Of a DNA stretch of 64,000 nucleotides, positions 28,548 through 39,203 are shown piece by piece. The notes beneath the pieces were generated by a model that did not search any database, was not told where the DNA came from, and worked only from the letters and a program-made list of their open reading frames with translations. The translations under genes and the position numbers were made by a program. The stretch covers positions 1 through 64,000 of IMG/VR virus record IMGVR_UViG_3300027365_000009, one strand, 5' to 3'. This DNA is from a virus. How positions within the stretch are numbered: the first letter of the stretch is position 1; each line of letters begins with the position of its first letter.

Positions 28548-29951
28548 ATGAGTCTGATTCGTGATTACCTGTCCATGGAAAGCCATGGCGATGACGATGC
28601 CCCGAACGTCAACGTGGAAGTCGAAGTTGAGGTGGAAGTCCCGGAAGTTCAAGAGGTTTCCGAGGAGGAAGAATACGAAGCTGATGATCACCTGGACGAA
28701 TCTGAAGGTGAACGTCGCGAAATTGAATCGGCCATGGAGTCATTTGATCTCATGGTGGCCGAAGCCGAAAGCGGAATAGCTTCTCTCGAACACTACCAGG
28801 AAGTACTGGAGTTCGGTCTGGAGAATGGGCAGTTTTCTCCCCAATTCGCTGCGGCGGTGAATCATCAGCTGAGTCAGTATCGCGACATCTTTGGTGACCA
28901 GTGCTTGGGCGCTTCGCTTGAAGACTATGGTCACGATAATCTTCAGGCCTATTACGAGGTCTCGCTGGAAGGGGTGAAGGAAACCATCTCCAAGATGGGC
29001 AACGCCATTTCTTCTGCCGCCAGTGGTCTCACCAAAACCATCACGTCGCTGGGTACGAACGAACGTGCGGCAGATGCCATCAACAAGAAAGCAGATGCAT
29101 TGCTCAACAAGCGGGCATTTGAGGATTCTACCAAAATTTCTCTCTCCGGAGGAATGGCTAAAGCATTTAATTTTGACGGCGTTATTCCCGACGACATCGC
29201 AAAAGCCATGATTACCGATCAACGGTCTATCGACCTTCTGATCAGCAAATTCCTTCCGGCCACCAGTAAGTACGCCGAAAAAGCACTGGAGGAGTTAGTA
29301 AAAGCAATCAATGCCGACGCCCCCGATGGTCCCGCAAAAGCCATCATTGGTACGAAACTCCCCCGCGTGGAACTGTCCGAAAATGTGACTTCGGGCAAGG
29401 CCCTTTTAGGTTACCGCGTCAATGTGGTGGTGCCCGAGCGCGATGCGATCAACTCCAAGCAGATTAAGGAGATTACATCCGCAGTCGCTAAAGGAAAGAA
29501 AGTGTTCGTCCCGGTTAAGGCCAAGGAAAAGAAAGAGATCACCGTTACCCGCGCCCAAGCCGAATCGATTGCACGTTCCGCCAAAGTGTACGCGGAGCTT
29601 CTTCGTAAGTTGTCTAAAGACGCTAAGAAGAACCTGAAGCAGCAAGCAGAGGCGTTTAAGAAACAGGCAGTTAAAGATGACCATGGTACCATGGCCACTC
29701 AAAATCGTGGTAATGCGCTTTTCGGCAACTACCTCGATAAACAGAAGGGTAAAGTGGTTGACACTTCTGAAAAGAATGTTGCGCTCAACGCCATGGTTCA
29801 GTTAGTAAATGCTGCCGCGAAAGAATCGCCCCGGGCGTACATGCAACTCTCTTCCATGATTGAGGGCAAGGCAAAGGCGGCTCTCAAACTGGCCAGCCGT
29901 GCCACCGGAAGTAAGAAAGGCGAAGACGACGAAAAGAAAGACGACGAGTGA
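28548..29951 (+). CDS. Internal head protein paralogue
   Basis: Multiple SME/SLE/GLE sites in an acidic N-terminus. Ends KKDDE like 25851..27245. Confidence 0.7.
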   Translation: MSLIRDYLSMESHGDDDAPNVNVEVEVEVEVPEVQEVSEEEEYEADDHLDESEGERREIESAMESFDLMVAEAESGIASLEHYQEVLEFGLENGQFSPQFAAAVNHQLSQYRDIFGDQCLGASLEDYGHDNLQAYYEVSLEGVKETISKMGNAISSAASGLTKTITSLGTNERAADAINKKADALLNKRAFEDSTKISLSGGMAKAFNFDGVIPDDIAKAMITDQRSIDLLISKFLPATSKYAEKALEELVKAINADAPDGPAKAIIGTKLPRVELSENVTSGKALLGYRVNVVVPERDAINSKQIKEITSAVAKGKKVFVPVKAKEKKEITVTRAQAESIARSAKVYAELLRKLSKDAKKNLKQQAEAFKKQAVKDDHGTMATQNRGNALFGNYLDKQKGKVVDTSEKNVALNAMVQLVNAAAKESPRAYMQLSSMIEGKAKAALKLASRATGSKKGEDDEKKDDE

Positions 29952-29981
29952 TCACACTCTGAGACTTTCGTATGTATAGAC

Positions 29982-30006
29982 GAGGCCGCCTTCCGGGGCG
30001 GCCTCT
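29982..30006 (+). terminator. Hairpin identical to the one after the major capsid gene
   Basis: gaggccgccttccggggcggcctct, also at 45241-45265. Confidence 0.7.
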
Positions 30007-30053
30007 CTGTCGTGATCTTATGATTCCGACCCTTTTGACAATGGAGGTTGACC

Positions 30054-31907
30054 ATGCCCCACGCCCTGGTGACGTTACCCGACGTCTACGAATCCGTGAC
30101 CCGACGGGTGGCGGTCACAGCCACCGAACAACTGGCTAAGGTAATGCGACTGCCTGGCGACACCCAGGTCTATCTGCCCGGCAACACAGAAAGTGTGCCG
30201 ATGAACGGTGGTTCGTTCGGTGAATGCTGGGACCCGAAAGTTCGCTACCCGGCCGAAGCCCGTCTGGTGGTACGCTATAACGAATCTATCAATGAGGACA
30301 ACGTCCTCGCCGTCGCGGTAAACAAACCACAGCACATGCCGTTATTCCACGATGAGCATCGCGATATTGTCATTCGTCCGGTGTACCGCTATGTCGCGCT
30401 GGCCATTACCCTGGAATACACCGCGCCCAACATCACGATCGCCCAACGTTGGGTGGATGAGATGCGTTCCCGCATTTCCATGTATCGGGCAGAGCTTTAC
30501 CAGGATCTAGAGTATCACTACGCGATCCCCGAGCCAGTATGGACCCTACTTCACCATCTCCATGACACCATGGAGTCATCGACCACCCCCACAGGGAAGG
30601 CATTTGATGAGTGGTTTGAAGCCAGTCGTATGACCCCGGTGAAAACGGCGACGACGCTGGCGGGTACGTCCCCCACCAAGGTGATCCCGGAACACCAGTA
30701 TGAGGTATTAGGGTGGTTTGACTTCACAGCGACCCCACCGACCCCGGAAAAGGACAGTCATGATTCAGGGTCATATACGTCGTCCATCACATATACACTC
30801 CATTACAACCGTCCGGTGCAAATGTACTGTCAGTATCCAATACTGATTCACAATAATCCGGTAGATGCCCAATTTCGCCCAGAGAAGGCGTATGAAACGT
30901 TTAAGACCATTGACCGGAAGGTGAGTACCCGTAAGGGGTCTTTCGACGCCATGCTGGCTCAGATGGACGCTGAGGGGGTACCCTACATCCATTACCCCGA
31001 TTTTGATGACTGGGTACCGAAATTTGTCCCCAGTGAGCGGCTGACGTTCTTTACTGGCCTGTTAATGATCACCCCGGACGATCCTTATACCTTGATCGAC
31101 TTGTCCAACCTGGGTGATATGATGTTCTCACCCTTCTTCCTGGAATACTTCTATACTCAGGGAGATAAAATTTTCGATCGTAGCGACAGTATCTTCGAGT
31201 TCCGACTCTATGAGAATAACACGCTAAGGACCATTGAGAAGTTAACATTAGATGGTGTTACGGTCAAATCCAAAGAGGCCCTTGACCCGACCAAGTACTA
31301 CCATTTACAAATCTCGCTGAAACGTAACTGGACGGTGGTCTCTCAGAACGCAATTCAATGCCTACGTCGGTATCCCACAGTGACCTACTGGGCATTGCGT
31401 GCCGTGGGAGTTAAGCTAGCCGATCGACCGCTGACCATGATGAAAACCCTGGGGAACCTACGGCCCCGTCCCGTGTCTGACGAGTGTCCCGGTGAGGGTA
31501 GCATCATCGGACCACCTCAGTGGACTTACAGTCCCCCCAATGGGGTTATGGACCCACCCAAGGGATGGGAAGACTGGCCCGGCGGGACATGGCCTTGGCC
31601 GTGGTTGGGCGAGGAGTGGGTTGGTATTACGTGGCCAGGGAGCGTCCCCGATGGATGGTTAGAAACACCATGGCCTGAGTTTAGCTACTCTGACACCGAC
31701 GGCGGTAACAACGACACCGTCATTTGGCCAGGGATTCATTACCCCGGACATGGTAGTTTCCCCACGGGGGTGATCACCGACAAGGACATTCAAGACGCCG
31801 TTCAAGAAACCGGAAATAACCCCAACGGACCAATCGACCGTTGGCGGGTAGGTCCAATGACCGTTATGTATAGTGAGATTTTAACACGCAAAGTGTTTGG
31901 CAAATAG
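30054..31907 (+). CDS. Virion structural protein (phiKZ gp98-like) with Trp/Pro-rich C-terminal insert
   Basis: GGAGG RBS, synteny. Confidence 0.65.
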   Translation: MPHALVTLPDVYESVTRRVAVTATEQLAKVMRLPGDTQVYLPGNTESVPMNGGSFGECWDPKVRYPAEARLVVRYNESINEDNVLAVAVNKPQHMPLFHDEHRDIVIRPVYRYVALAITLEYTAPNITIAQRWVDEMRSRISMYRAELYQDLEYHYAIPEPVWTLLHHLHDTMESSTTPTGKAFDEWFEASRMTPVKTATTLAGTSPTKVIPEHQYEVLGWFDFTATPPTPEKDSHDSGSYTSSITYTLHYNRPVQMYCQYPILIHNNPVDAQFRPEKAYETFKTIDRKVSTRKGSFDAMLAQMDAEGVPYIHYPDFDDWVPKFVPSERLTFFTGLLMITPDDPYTLIDLSNLGDMMFSPFFLEYFYTQGDKIFDRSDSIFEFRLYENNTLRTIEKLTLDGVTVKSKEALDPTKYYHLQISLKRNWTVVSQNAIQCLRRYPTVTYWALRAVGVKLADRPLTMMKTLGNLRPRPVSDECPGEGSIIGPPQWTYSPPNGVMDPPKGWEDWPGGTWPWPWLGEEWVGITWPGSVPDGWLETPWPEFSYSDTDGGNNDTVIWPGIHYPGHGSFPTGVITDKDIQDAVQETGNNPNGPIDRWRVGPMTVMYSEILTRKVFGK

Positions 31908-31917
31908 GACATGACTC

Positions 31918-33318
31918 ATGGCACTTTTTAACGACAAACCTGAGGAAACGCAGGATACACCCCCTGCCGTAAAACCTCGAATTGATCCCGAAGCCTTTGA
32001 TGGGATTACGGTTGATACCGAATACACCCCTTCATCGGCATTGTTGACTTGGGTGGAAGGGTCCAATTGGACCGTGGATTACTTCTCCCAAGTGTTGGGA
32101 AGTGATAGTGAGCCAACCCCCCAGGACATCAACCGCGACCCCATCTACCAGCAGTACAAACGGATTAAGGGGATGGACCTTAAGGTCACCTCCCCGCTGA
32201 CATTCACCCAAGACCCTCAGCTCCGTCATATGGAGGTGCGGGGGTCGGGCATTACCTACCCCTTCCTGGTCCCTAACAAAGGCGACATGTTTGTGGCCGA
32301 TGTCGGTGACGGTCGGGTAGGGGTATTCACAGTGACCGAGGCGGTGCGCTCCACGATTCTACGTGATAGCGTCTACACTGTCGAATACATCATGGTCGCA
32401 GAGCTTGACCAGGCCCGTCTTAAAGACCTGGAACGCAAGACCATTGAGACGTATCACTACTCTCAGGATTCTTTAATCCGGGGATGTGGTCCGTTTGTTA
32501 CTGAGCAGGAGAAAACCCGTTCGAGTCGGTACCTGGAACTTCGACAGGAGCTGATTTCTCGGTACCTGACGGATTTCTTGAGTCAGGAACACTCAACACT
32601 GCTGGTACCTGACCAACTACGAAAAACGTATGACCATTTCGTCACGAAGGCGGTATTGGCGTTGGTGGGTACTCAGGACGATATGCGTGTACGGCGTATC
32701 CGTGAACTCAATGTCACTGCCGAGCCCGTAATGTCACAACCCACTTTTTGGGATGCGCTTTTACGGCTTGACGATTCACGTCTGTACGGGGTATCGCAGA
32801 AGGCGACGTGTCTTTCGACGAACTACTTCAAAGGACGACCGACGCTTCAAGCCATCGGGTATACCGGCATTCCTCGTCTGGTGTATCCCATGGATGCCCC
32901 AACAGATGTTGACTCCCAATACGACAGTGAAGACGTTTCCGTTCCAGAAGGCATCCCATTCCGTGAAGGGCGTCCACGCCGTCCTTTATCTGGCACCCAC
33001 AGAAGTCAATCCGAAAGAAACTTGATCTTCTTTCAGACCACCCCAATGAGCTATGGTTTAGAGCCATGGAAGATCCCAGCCGACATTCATCCGGTGGTCA
33101 AGGACGAATATTACGCACTGTCCGGTGCCTTTTATAGCGACAAAAAGGACTACCAGTCGAAGCTCGAACAGCTGATCTGGCAAGCCCTTCGTAATGAGGC
33201 ATTGAACCTCGACCAGTTAGATGCGGTGGTCGAACGTTGTCGGGATTGGGATAACCTCGAGCGCTTCTACTATCATCCGATATTGTTTGCTCTACTTCAG
33301 TTAGGTCGTCAACAATAA
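31918..33318 (+). CDS. Virion structural protein (phiKZ gp99-like)
   Basis: EGSNWTVDYFSQ, PNKGDMFVADVGDG and LERFYY-P motifs. Confidence 0.7.
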   Translation: MALFNDKPEETQDTPPAVKPRIDPEAFDGITVDTEYTPSSALLTWVEGSNWTVDYFSQVLGSDSEPTPQDINRDPIYQQYKRIKGMDLKVTSPLTFTQDPQLRHMEVRGSGITYPFLVPNKGDMFVADVGDGRVGVFTVTEAVRSTILRDSVYTVEYIMVAELDQARLKDLERKTIETYHYSQDSLIRGCGPFVTEQEKTRSSRYLELRQELISRYLTDFLSQEHSTLLVPDQLRKTYDHFVTKAVLALVGTQDDMRVRRIRELNVTAEPVMSQPTFWDALLRLDDSRLYGVSQKATCLSTNYFKGRPTLQAIGYTGIPRLVYPMDAPTDVDSQYDSEDVSVPEGIPFREGRPRRPLSGTHRSQSERNLIFFQTTPMSYGLEPWKIPADIHPVVKDEYYALSGAFYSDKKDYQSKLEQLIWQALRNEALNLDQLDAVVERCRDWDNLERFYYHPILFALLQLGRQQ

Positions 33319-33327
33319 GGAGGTACC

Positions 33328-33909
33328 ATGTCAGAGAAGAAACATACGGCCGCATGGCGACTTTTCCATATCAAGTACGCCGTTAGGGTTCCTCAACTGT
33401 TCATGTACGGGAAGCCGTATCTCGAAAAACATGGCTACCACGTATCGGGCGATCATGGTCTTGATAATGACCGGTTGATGGAATCGACGGTGGTGCGTCA
33501 AACGGCAGCCGGTCTTGCGATCCTTCATGAGGAAGGGGCACCGATTGACATTGTCGATATTCGGGACAGTGTGACGATCTATGACGACATCCAAGAACAC
33601 CTGAGGGACTGGGAGCGTCTTTCTCGTAACGGCGCGCACCCAGGCGACTTCCCCCCATTAGAAGATTTCCGAATGCTGGAGGCGGTTGCCATGGCGCTAC
33701 ACGAAACCGCTAAACATTACGAACCCAACGAAGTGACAGACAACGGACTTCGGGATCGGTTGATGAACATGAACCGTCGCCGTAATCCGGTTCGTACCGA
33801 GCGTTACTTACGCAACCGTATCGTCAATGATCAGGGTGAGCTCAAGCCTTATGTGTCCATCGTGGATCGAATTGAGGAGCGGTTAGTGGGAGGCCAGACA
33901 TGGCTGTAG
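33328..33909 (+). CDS. Conserved hypothetical protein (phiKZ gp100-like)
   Basis: IYDDIQEHL-DW and PP-EDFR motifs, AAGGAGG RBS. Confidence 0.65.
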   Translation: MSEKKHTAAWRLFHIKYAVRVPQLFMYGKPYLEKHGYHVSGDHGLDNDRLMESTVVRQTAAGLAILHEEGAPIDIVDIRDSVTIYDDIQEHLRDWERLSRNGAHPGDFPPLEDFRMLEAVAMALHETAKHYEPNEVTDNGLRDRLMNMNRRRNPVRTERYLRNRIVNDQGELKPYVSIVDRIEERLVGGQTWL

Positions 33910-35249
33910 ACAGCACACTGCTCATGCGGGAAGTGGAGGCAATCACTCAGAGCGGTCAGGGTGTCAGTCACTACCGTGTCGAATGTCGGATTAAAGCCGG
34001 GGATGAATGGATCTCCCCCACCCGTTTGGACTTGTATTCTCTGGAACGGGATTATGAGGACAGTTATGGTGACGTACTGGTGCTGGAGTTCATCACCGGT
34101 CTTGGGACGTACGCTTACCGTTTAGTCCCCAACCGGGATCAACTGCGTGTCGAGGTGACATCGACACCACTGCATGAGACATCCGGTGCCCAGCGCAGCG
34201 ACTTACCACGACGTACCCGTTCTTACCGGGGAATATTAATGGACCAGGATAACCCGGGTCTGGTGGGTCGTTCGCCGCAGTCGTCCTCAGAAGAGGACCT
34301 TAACCTAACCGCTCCCAAACGGGTGGAGCTCCAATTGGTGGATGAGGGGCTCTACCAATCACGCATGATCACCATTGGTCGATTGTACCGTAGTCTTCGT
34401 CCAATGGATGCCTTGAAATCACTGTTTACAGAAACCACTCAGCTGGTGGATGGAAATAACCAACAGCAGATCCAAGGGGTGGAGATCGCCGAGGGGTATA
34501 ACCAGACTCAGCGTCAACATGTTATCCTTCCCCACGGCACGCCCCTCTTCCAGGTACCTGATATCCTTCAGACTGACCAGGGCGGGCTGTACAGCGCCGG
34601 GATTTCTTGCTACTTACAAAATAAAATCTGGCATGTGTTTCCACCATACAACACACAACGCTTCAGTCAGGCCAAACGTACATTAACTATTCTCAACATT
34701 CCCCCTAATCGGTACTACGGGGCGGAGAGAACGTATCGTAAAACCGAGAAGCAAATAGTGATTGTCACTGCTGGAGAAATGGACACCCGAGATACCGCAC
34801 GTTATGAGCAACTCAATGACGGTAACGCGGTACGATTTACCGACGCTCGGAAGTTGTTGACCTTTGGCGAGACACAGCAGAATAAAACCCAGCTGCGACG
34901 CCAGGATAATGTGTTTGAGTTCGAAGGACCGAAAATGGACGGTGGGATGAGTAACGCCCGCTGGTCAAAACAACGTGCCACGGCCAACCCATTTCCACAA
35001 TATACCCAGATGGCACATCGCAACGGACGGTATCTGATGGTAGAATGGATGCATGGGGATGCCAGTCTGTTAACCCCAGGCATGCCGGTTAAATTCATGG
35101 GGGCAGTAAACGATAAGTTGTCCGTGTTTTACGGTGTACTATTAGGTGTCCACGAACAGCGCATTCCTAAAGAGGGGGGTAGTGTGGCTTCTCAATACCC
35201 CGCAAGTATCCGACTTAAAGTGTTTTTAAGTCGGGAACAGGGAGTGTGA
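33900..35249 (+). CDS. Tail/baseplate structural protein (phiKZ gp101-like)
   Basis: RDYE, GGLYSAG and L-PGMPVK motifs, synteny. Confidence 0.65.
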   Translation: MAVDSTLLMREVEAITQSGQGVSHYRVECRIKAGDEWISPTRLDLYSLERDYEDSYGDVLVLEFITGLGTYAYRLVPNRDQLRVEVTSTPLHETSGAQRSDLPRRTRSYRGILMDQDNPGLVGRSPQSSSEEDLNLTAPKRVELQLVDEGLYQSRMITIGRLYRSLRPMDALKSLFTETTQLVDGNNQQQIQGVEIAEGYNQTQRQHVILPHGTPLFQVPDILQTDQGGLYSAGISCYLQNKIWHVFPPYNTQRFSQAKRTLTILNIPPNRYYGAERTYRKTEKQIVIVTAGEMDTRDTARYEQLNDGNAVRFTDARKLLTFGETQQNKTQLRRQDNVFEFEGPKMDGGMSNARWSKQRATANPFPQYTQMAHRNGRYLMVEWMHGDASLLTPGMPVKFMGAVNDKLSVFYGVLLGVHEQRIPKEGGSVASQYPASIRLKVFLSREQGV

Positions 35250-35258
35250 ATGGTAGTT

Positions 35259-35277
35259 TTTTGACATCTACATTATC
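35259..35277 (+). promoter_or_regulatory. Candidate early (virion RNAP) promoter
   Basis: ttttgacatctacattatc, identical at 47328-47346. TACATTAT resembles the phiKZ early motif TATATTAC. Confidence 0.65.
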
Positions 35278-35334
35278 CTCTTGATACAGGCTGCGATGAG
35301 GCAGCCTTCTTTTTCTACGTGGGAGGATAATAAC

Positions 35335-35721
35335 ATGACACTGTATTTTGCTATTGACCGAGAATGGTCCATGTTGTGGTTTAGCCTAATCCACGAGGAA
35401 GTGGATTTAGGTGACCCGGATTGTATCGAGACTCTGTATGAGATGACAACGCATTTTATTCATTTGGCGTTACGTCATCCTAACCGGTGGGGACCAGATA
35501 CACTCCCACAGGTCGCGACAGATGTGATGGAAATTTACGGAAGTTTGGATTTTCCTATCGGAATTTTCCTATCGGAATGGAAATCGCTTTTAGGACTCAT
35601 TGAGTGGGTTCTACTGCCGTACTATACCGCGCAGGATTTATGGGTAGATGATCTAACCCCAGTGATTGACACAATGGGGCGTTTATCGGGAGTCTGTCTA
35701 CACATTAACAACTTGAGCTGA
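35335..35721 (+). CDS. Hypothetical protein
   Basis: GGAGG RBS before ATG 35335. Confidence 0.65.
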   Translation: MTLYFAIDREWSMLWFSLIHEEVDLGDPDCIETLYEMTTHFIHLALRHPNRWGPDTLPQVATDVMEIYGSLDFPIGIFLSEWKSLLGLIEWVLLPYYTAQDLWVDDLTPVIDTMGRLSGVCLHINNLS

Positions 35722-35728
35722 AGGAACT

Positions 35729-36478
35729 ATGTTTCATCCACATGTTTATTTAAATACACTATGCCAGTGGGCCGGGCATAAAGCCAAAGATACTGCATTG
35801 TTTCCGGATGGGCCATCGGCCAAAGAATCGCTCCATCACCATCGCAGTCTTCGGCTAATTAAGGCATTACTGATCAAACGTCCCATTCACCACCCGGTCG
35901 ATATTGGAGGACATTATCACAGCAAAATGTTACCGATTCTCCAAGAGTTACGGAATGGACGTGTGGTTTCTTTGCCTAAGCTTTGGACGTACCGGGAAGC
36001 CGAAGCGTGGTTAATGACCGAAGACCGATCTTATTTAGACACACCTGATCTGGTTACGGACATTCAGCTTGGTGGTGCTGGTGTTTCTCGTCACGCTATC
36101 CCTACCTTTGGGGTCAATGGTGCCAATACCTCACCGCGACACACTCGGGTACTGCAATACTTCTTTGATTACTTTGGGGTTCGACGTACTCTAGCGTTTT
36201 CTCAGCGCGGGATTCTAAAACGCCTAGTTCAAGAAGTGGCCGCTACACGCGAGACGGACCTTGATGGAATGTTTCAAACGGAGAATTTCCAACTGTCCAT
36301 CAATGTAATGGTGGTCAACTATCTACTGGCCTCCACACCGATGCTATATTCACCTGACATTTTGGTCGATATTGTGTTGGATGAATATTTTACCCCCCTA
36401 CCGCTAACACAGCGCGAAGTATTATTACAAGCCCTACACTCCACGACGCTAAGGAACTGTCATGACGTCGATGCTTGA
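35729..36478 (+). CDS. Hypothetical protein
   Basis: 249-aa ORF with AAGGA RBS. Confidence 0.65.
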   Translation: MFHPHVYLNTLCQWAGHKAKDTALFPDGPSAKESLHHHRSLRLIKALLIKRPIHHPVDIGGHYHSKMLPILQELRNGRVVSLPKLWTYREAEAWLMTEDRSYLDTPDLVTDIQLGGAGVSRHAIPTFGVNGANTSPRHTRVLQYFFDYFGVRRTLAFSQRGILKRLVQEVAATRETDLDGMFQTENFQLSINVMVVNYLLASTPMLYSPDILVDIVLDEYFTPLPLTQREVLLQALHSTTLRNCHDVDA

Positions 36479-37319
36479 CCCGACCGTGTTCACTGCTGAT
36501 GTTCAAGCGTATGATACCAATGAGAACCCAACCCTTACGGTGATGTCGCAACCGGTATCCCGTCAGAAGCTGCTAAAGCGTATTAAGATGGCTTGGGGAG
36601 ACTCCGCCCACACTACTTTCCGCCAGTTAATTGATGACGTGTTCAAGGGGTTTGTGTACGATCGGGACTACCCGCGTCAGTTGTGTCTGGATTACGACAA
36701 TAATGTGGTCTGGGCATTTTGTTATAAGCGCCCGAAGCGTCAAGACCCCTCTGGCAACTCCCTGGTCAAGACCGTCATTCAGCTGCCACCAACTTTAACC
36801 TTGGATACGTTGGGGATAGAGGGTGATGTCCCTTGGCTGGCCCTCACCGAGATCCACCAGACGGTTTCAGATCAGAGTGATGTCCTCGGTAGTCGTACCC
36901 CGCTATTGGGGGTGGGGGACTTCAGCCAGGACTTTGTACGCTCTGGTACTGTCCATCAGCATGTGGTGTCTGTTGGGGAAGCCAACAACGAGGCGACCTA
37001 CATCAACTTAGACCTTCGTTGGCTGTTGGCCTCAGGGGAGGCAGAGGTCAATGATGGGGAAATTGCTCAACAAGTAAGTCGTCGCGACTTCTATTATACC
37101 CTCAAAGGCCAGTATCGGGTCTCGACGGACTACCTTACCTTGATCGAACGATATTTAAAAGCACTTGGCGTGACGCCCTACTATCAAATGCTTAGGACGG
37201 ATACCCAACATAACTTTGCATTGCGCTACACCCTGGACGTCAAGCTCGACGATGAGCATTGCTGGCCAGTGCATGGCGGGTTGTTCCTGGCGTGTCGTCG
37301 CCGCAAAGATTTACAGTAA
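36462..37319 (+). CDS. Hypothetical protein
   Basis: 285-aa ORF with TAAGGA RBS. Confidence 0.65.
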   Translation: MTSMLDPTVFTADVQAYDTNENPTLTVMSQPVSRQKLLKRIKMAWGDSAHTTFRQLIDDVFKGFVYDRDYPRQLCLDYDNNVVWAFCYKRPKRQDPSGNSLVKTVIQLPPTLTLDTLGIEGDVPWLALTEIHQTVSDQSDVLGSRTPLLGVGDFSQDFVRSGTVHQHVVSVGEANNEATYINLDLRWLLASGEAEVNDGEIAQQVSRRDFYYTLKGQYRVSTDYLTLIERYLKALGVTPYYQMLRTDTQHNFALRYTLDVKLDDEHCWPVHGGLFLACRRRKDLQ

Positions 37320-37331
37320 GGCATAATGTTA

Positions 37332-37352
37332 CAGGGTCCGCTTCGGACCCTG
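37332..37352 (+). terminator. Terminator-like hairpin
   Basis: cagggtccg-ctt-cggaccctg flanked by gcata and tatgt. Confidence 0.65.
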
Positions 37353-37375
37353 GTTATGTCGCGATCCCATTTTCC

Positions 37376-37391
37376 TTAAGACCTATATCAC
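37376..37391 (+). promoter_or_regulatory. Candidate early promoter
   Basis: ttaagacctatatcac, identical at 38918-38933. Confidence 0.65.
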
Positions 37392-37419
37392 TCTCATGCA
37401 AACCCAAAGGAGCACAACA

Positions 37420-37533
37420 ATGCGGTTTATCAAGAAGCTGTACAAGCACCGTCCTCGTGGCCGCCAATGGCGTCGTCTGTGGGCGTACCGTGTGATGCTT
37501 GTGGCAACAAAACGAGAAATGAAAGAAGAATAG
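37420..37533 (+). CDS. 37-aa basic peptide (not in ORF track)
   Basis: AAAGGAG RBS. MRFIKKLYKHRPRGRQWRRLWAYRVMLVATKREMKEE, first gene after the promoter. Confidence 0.6.
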   Translation: MRFIKKLYKHRPRGRQWRRLWAYRVMLVATKREMKEE

Positions 37534-37543
37534 GAGGTGATCC

Positions 37544-37948
37544 ATGGGTGGTGTCATTGCGTTACTTCTCCTCATCCTACTCTTTGCCGGTGCTATCGGC
37601 TTGTGGATGAAGATCCTTGATGCGTTACGGGGAAAACGTCCTACCCCTCGAAAACGCCCGCAGGGGCCGTCTGAGGGGCCGTCCTACCATCTCCGTACCT
37701 TCGTCCAGGCACTAGAGAACGAAGGCTATATGGGCCATGTGGCGCTCTCAGAGGGGGATATGGAGTATGTAGACGACCCGGTGTTGTCCAACATGCTTAC
37801 CATCATTGCCAGAGAACGTGATTTGCAGTGGGCGCTCCCGCCTCTGCGCCTCAGGTTGAAAGCAACTCCCCAGAGTGCCCCGGAAGCATTCAAAAGCAAG
37901 TACCGGTGGGTGGTCATGACCCCCACTCACGCCATTGGCTATAAATAA
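37544..37948 (+). CDS. Membrane-anchored hypothetical protein
   Basis: N-terminal TM helix, AGGAGGT RBS. Confidence 0.7.
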   Translation: MGGVIALLLLILLFAGAIGLWMKILDALRGKRPTPRKRPQGPSEGPSYHLRTFVQALENEGYMGHVALSEGDMEYVDDPVLSNMLTIIARERDLQWALPPLRLRLKATPQSAPEAFKSKYRWVVMTPTHAIGYK

Positions 37949-37975
37949 CCGAAAGAACCATAACGGAGAACGACC

Positions 37976-38599
37976 ATGACCCTTATCGTTGTTGATCAAT
38001 TCCGCACCACTGCCGATTCCTACGCCGTGGAACATAAAGGCGGTACCCAAACCATTCACAAGGATTTTCCTAAGGTCCTGAGGATGGTGATGCCTATCCA
38101 CTATACCCAAGTGGGATACGAATCTCACCGCACAGTGGCGTACTGTGGAAACGCCCAAACGTTCGTGCACTTCTGGCGGGAAGTTGTCGATGCCCAAACC
38201 CGCGATGGTATCATTGACGAGCACGACCTCGAACTGATTGCCAGCCAAATTCAGGGCGATCCCTGCCAGGTGATCATTCCGTTCAGCAACGCCGTCTTGA
38301 CACTACTCGTGGGACGAGAACGTCCCCAAGTGGAGTGGCGGGAAGGTCCCATCCATGCATTTGGGAGTGGTTACGTAGAACCTGCTCATGTAGTAAACGA
38401 GTACCGTAGCTGGTACTCGATCTTCTTTGACGCATTGGACGCTGGGAAGATTGCCGGTACGGATATCCACTTTCTTTCACACCAGGGCGAAGAGAAGGAA
38501 GCCATTCAGGACAGCCTGAAACCGGAATCCACGGTGAAACGCGTTCGACGCCGGATGCCGTGGCGTCAGCGGGTGAGTAAGAAAGCCAAACATTCGTAG
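37976..38599 (+). CDS. Hypothetical protein, possibly Ntn-hydrolase-like
   Basis: Starts MTLIVV..AD and contains AFGSG, a loose match to the proteasome-beta-like pattern. Confidence 0.5.
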   Translation: MTLIVVDQFRTTADSYAVEHKGGTQTIHKDFPKVLRMVMPIHYTQVGYESHRTVAYCGNAQTFVHFWREVVDAQTRDGIIDEHDLELIASQIQGDPCQVIIPFSNAVLTLLVGRERPQVEWREGPIHAFGSGYVEPAHVVNEYRSWYSIFFDALDAGKIAGTDIHFLSHQGEEKEAIQDSLKPESTVKRVRRRMPWRQRVSKKAKHS

Positions 38600-38614
38600 A
38601 TGTAGGAGAATCTC

Positions 38615-38890
38615 ATGAAAAAGAAAACCGTTAAGGACCCTGTATTGAGTTCAATCCTCTCCGGAAACGGGCGTGATGAACTTACACCACAGTCCGACAA
38701 TGAACTGGATCGGGCCACGTGTGGCGAAGAAAAGTGCGAGTGTTGTAGTTATAATGAAGCATTACTCTCCTCACTTATTTCAGCAGTTCAACACAACGTC
38801 GAGTTAATCAACAAAATGAGTTCTCAGTTGGAGGATATCAATATCCAGCAACAGAGGCTAATGAACATGATCGACGACATTACGCGTTAA
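38615..38890 (+). CDS. Hypothetical coiled-coil protein
   Basis: AGGAG RBS. Confidence 0.6.
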   Translation: MKKKTVKDPVLSSILSGNGRDELTPQSDNELDRATCGEEKCECCSYNEALLSSLISAVQHNVELINKMSSQLEDINIQQQRLMNMIDDITR

Positions 38891-38917
38891 TAGCGGAATG
38901 CCTAGAATCAAACCAAA

Positions 38918-38933
38918 TTAAGACCTATATCAC
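38918..38933 (+). promoter_or_regulatory. Candidate early promoter
   Basis: Second copy of ttaagacctatatcac. Confidence 0.65.
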
Positions 38934-38993
38934 AGACATGAAGCCAACCACATAAACGGCTTCTTATACAAACGAAAGAATGGAGCTTTTATA

Positions 38994-39203
38994 ATGAGCA
39001 ACGAAAACACCAGCCAGCAGAACACCAATGACCCGAGCAAGAAAACCGGCTTCTGGAAGAAGCATGGCAAGAAAGTTATGATCGGTGCTGGCGCCGTTGC
39101 TGTTGGCGTTGCTGGAGGTGCTATTTATTATGCCTGCCGCAGTGTAGGTGTTGATGCCGCTGAAGCGATCAGCGACATCAAAGACGCCGCTACTGGCGAA
39201 TAG
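38994..39203 (+). CDS. Small Gly-rich single-TM protein
   Basis: Basic patch followed by IGAGAVAVGVAGGAIYY. Confidence 0.7.
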   Translation: MSNENTSQQNTNDPSKKTGFWKKHGKKVMIGAGAVAVGVAGGAIYYACRSVGVDAAEAISDIKDAATGE

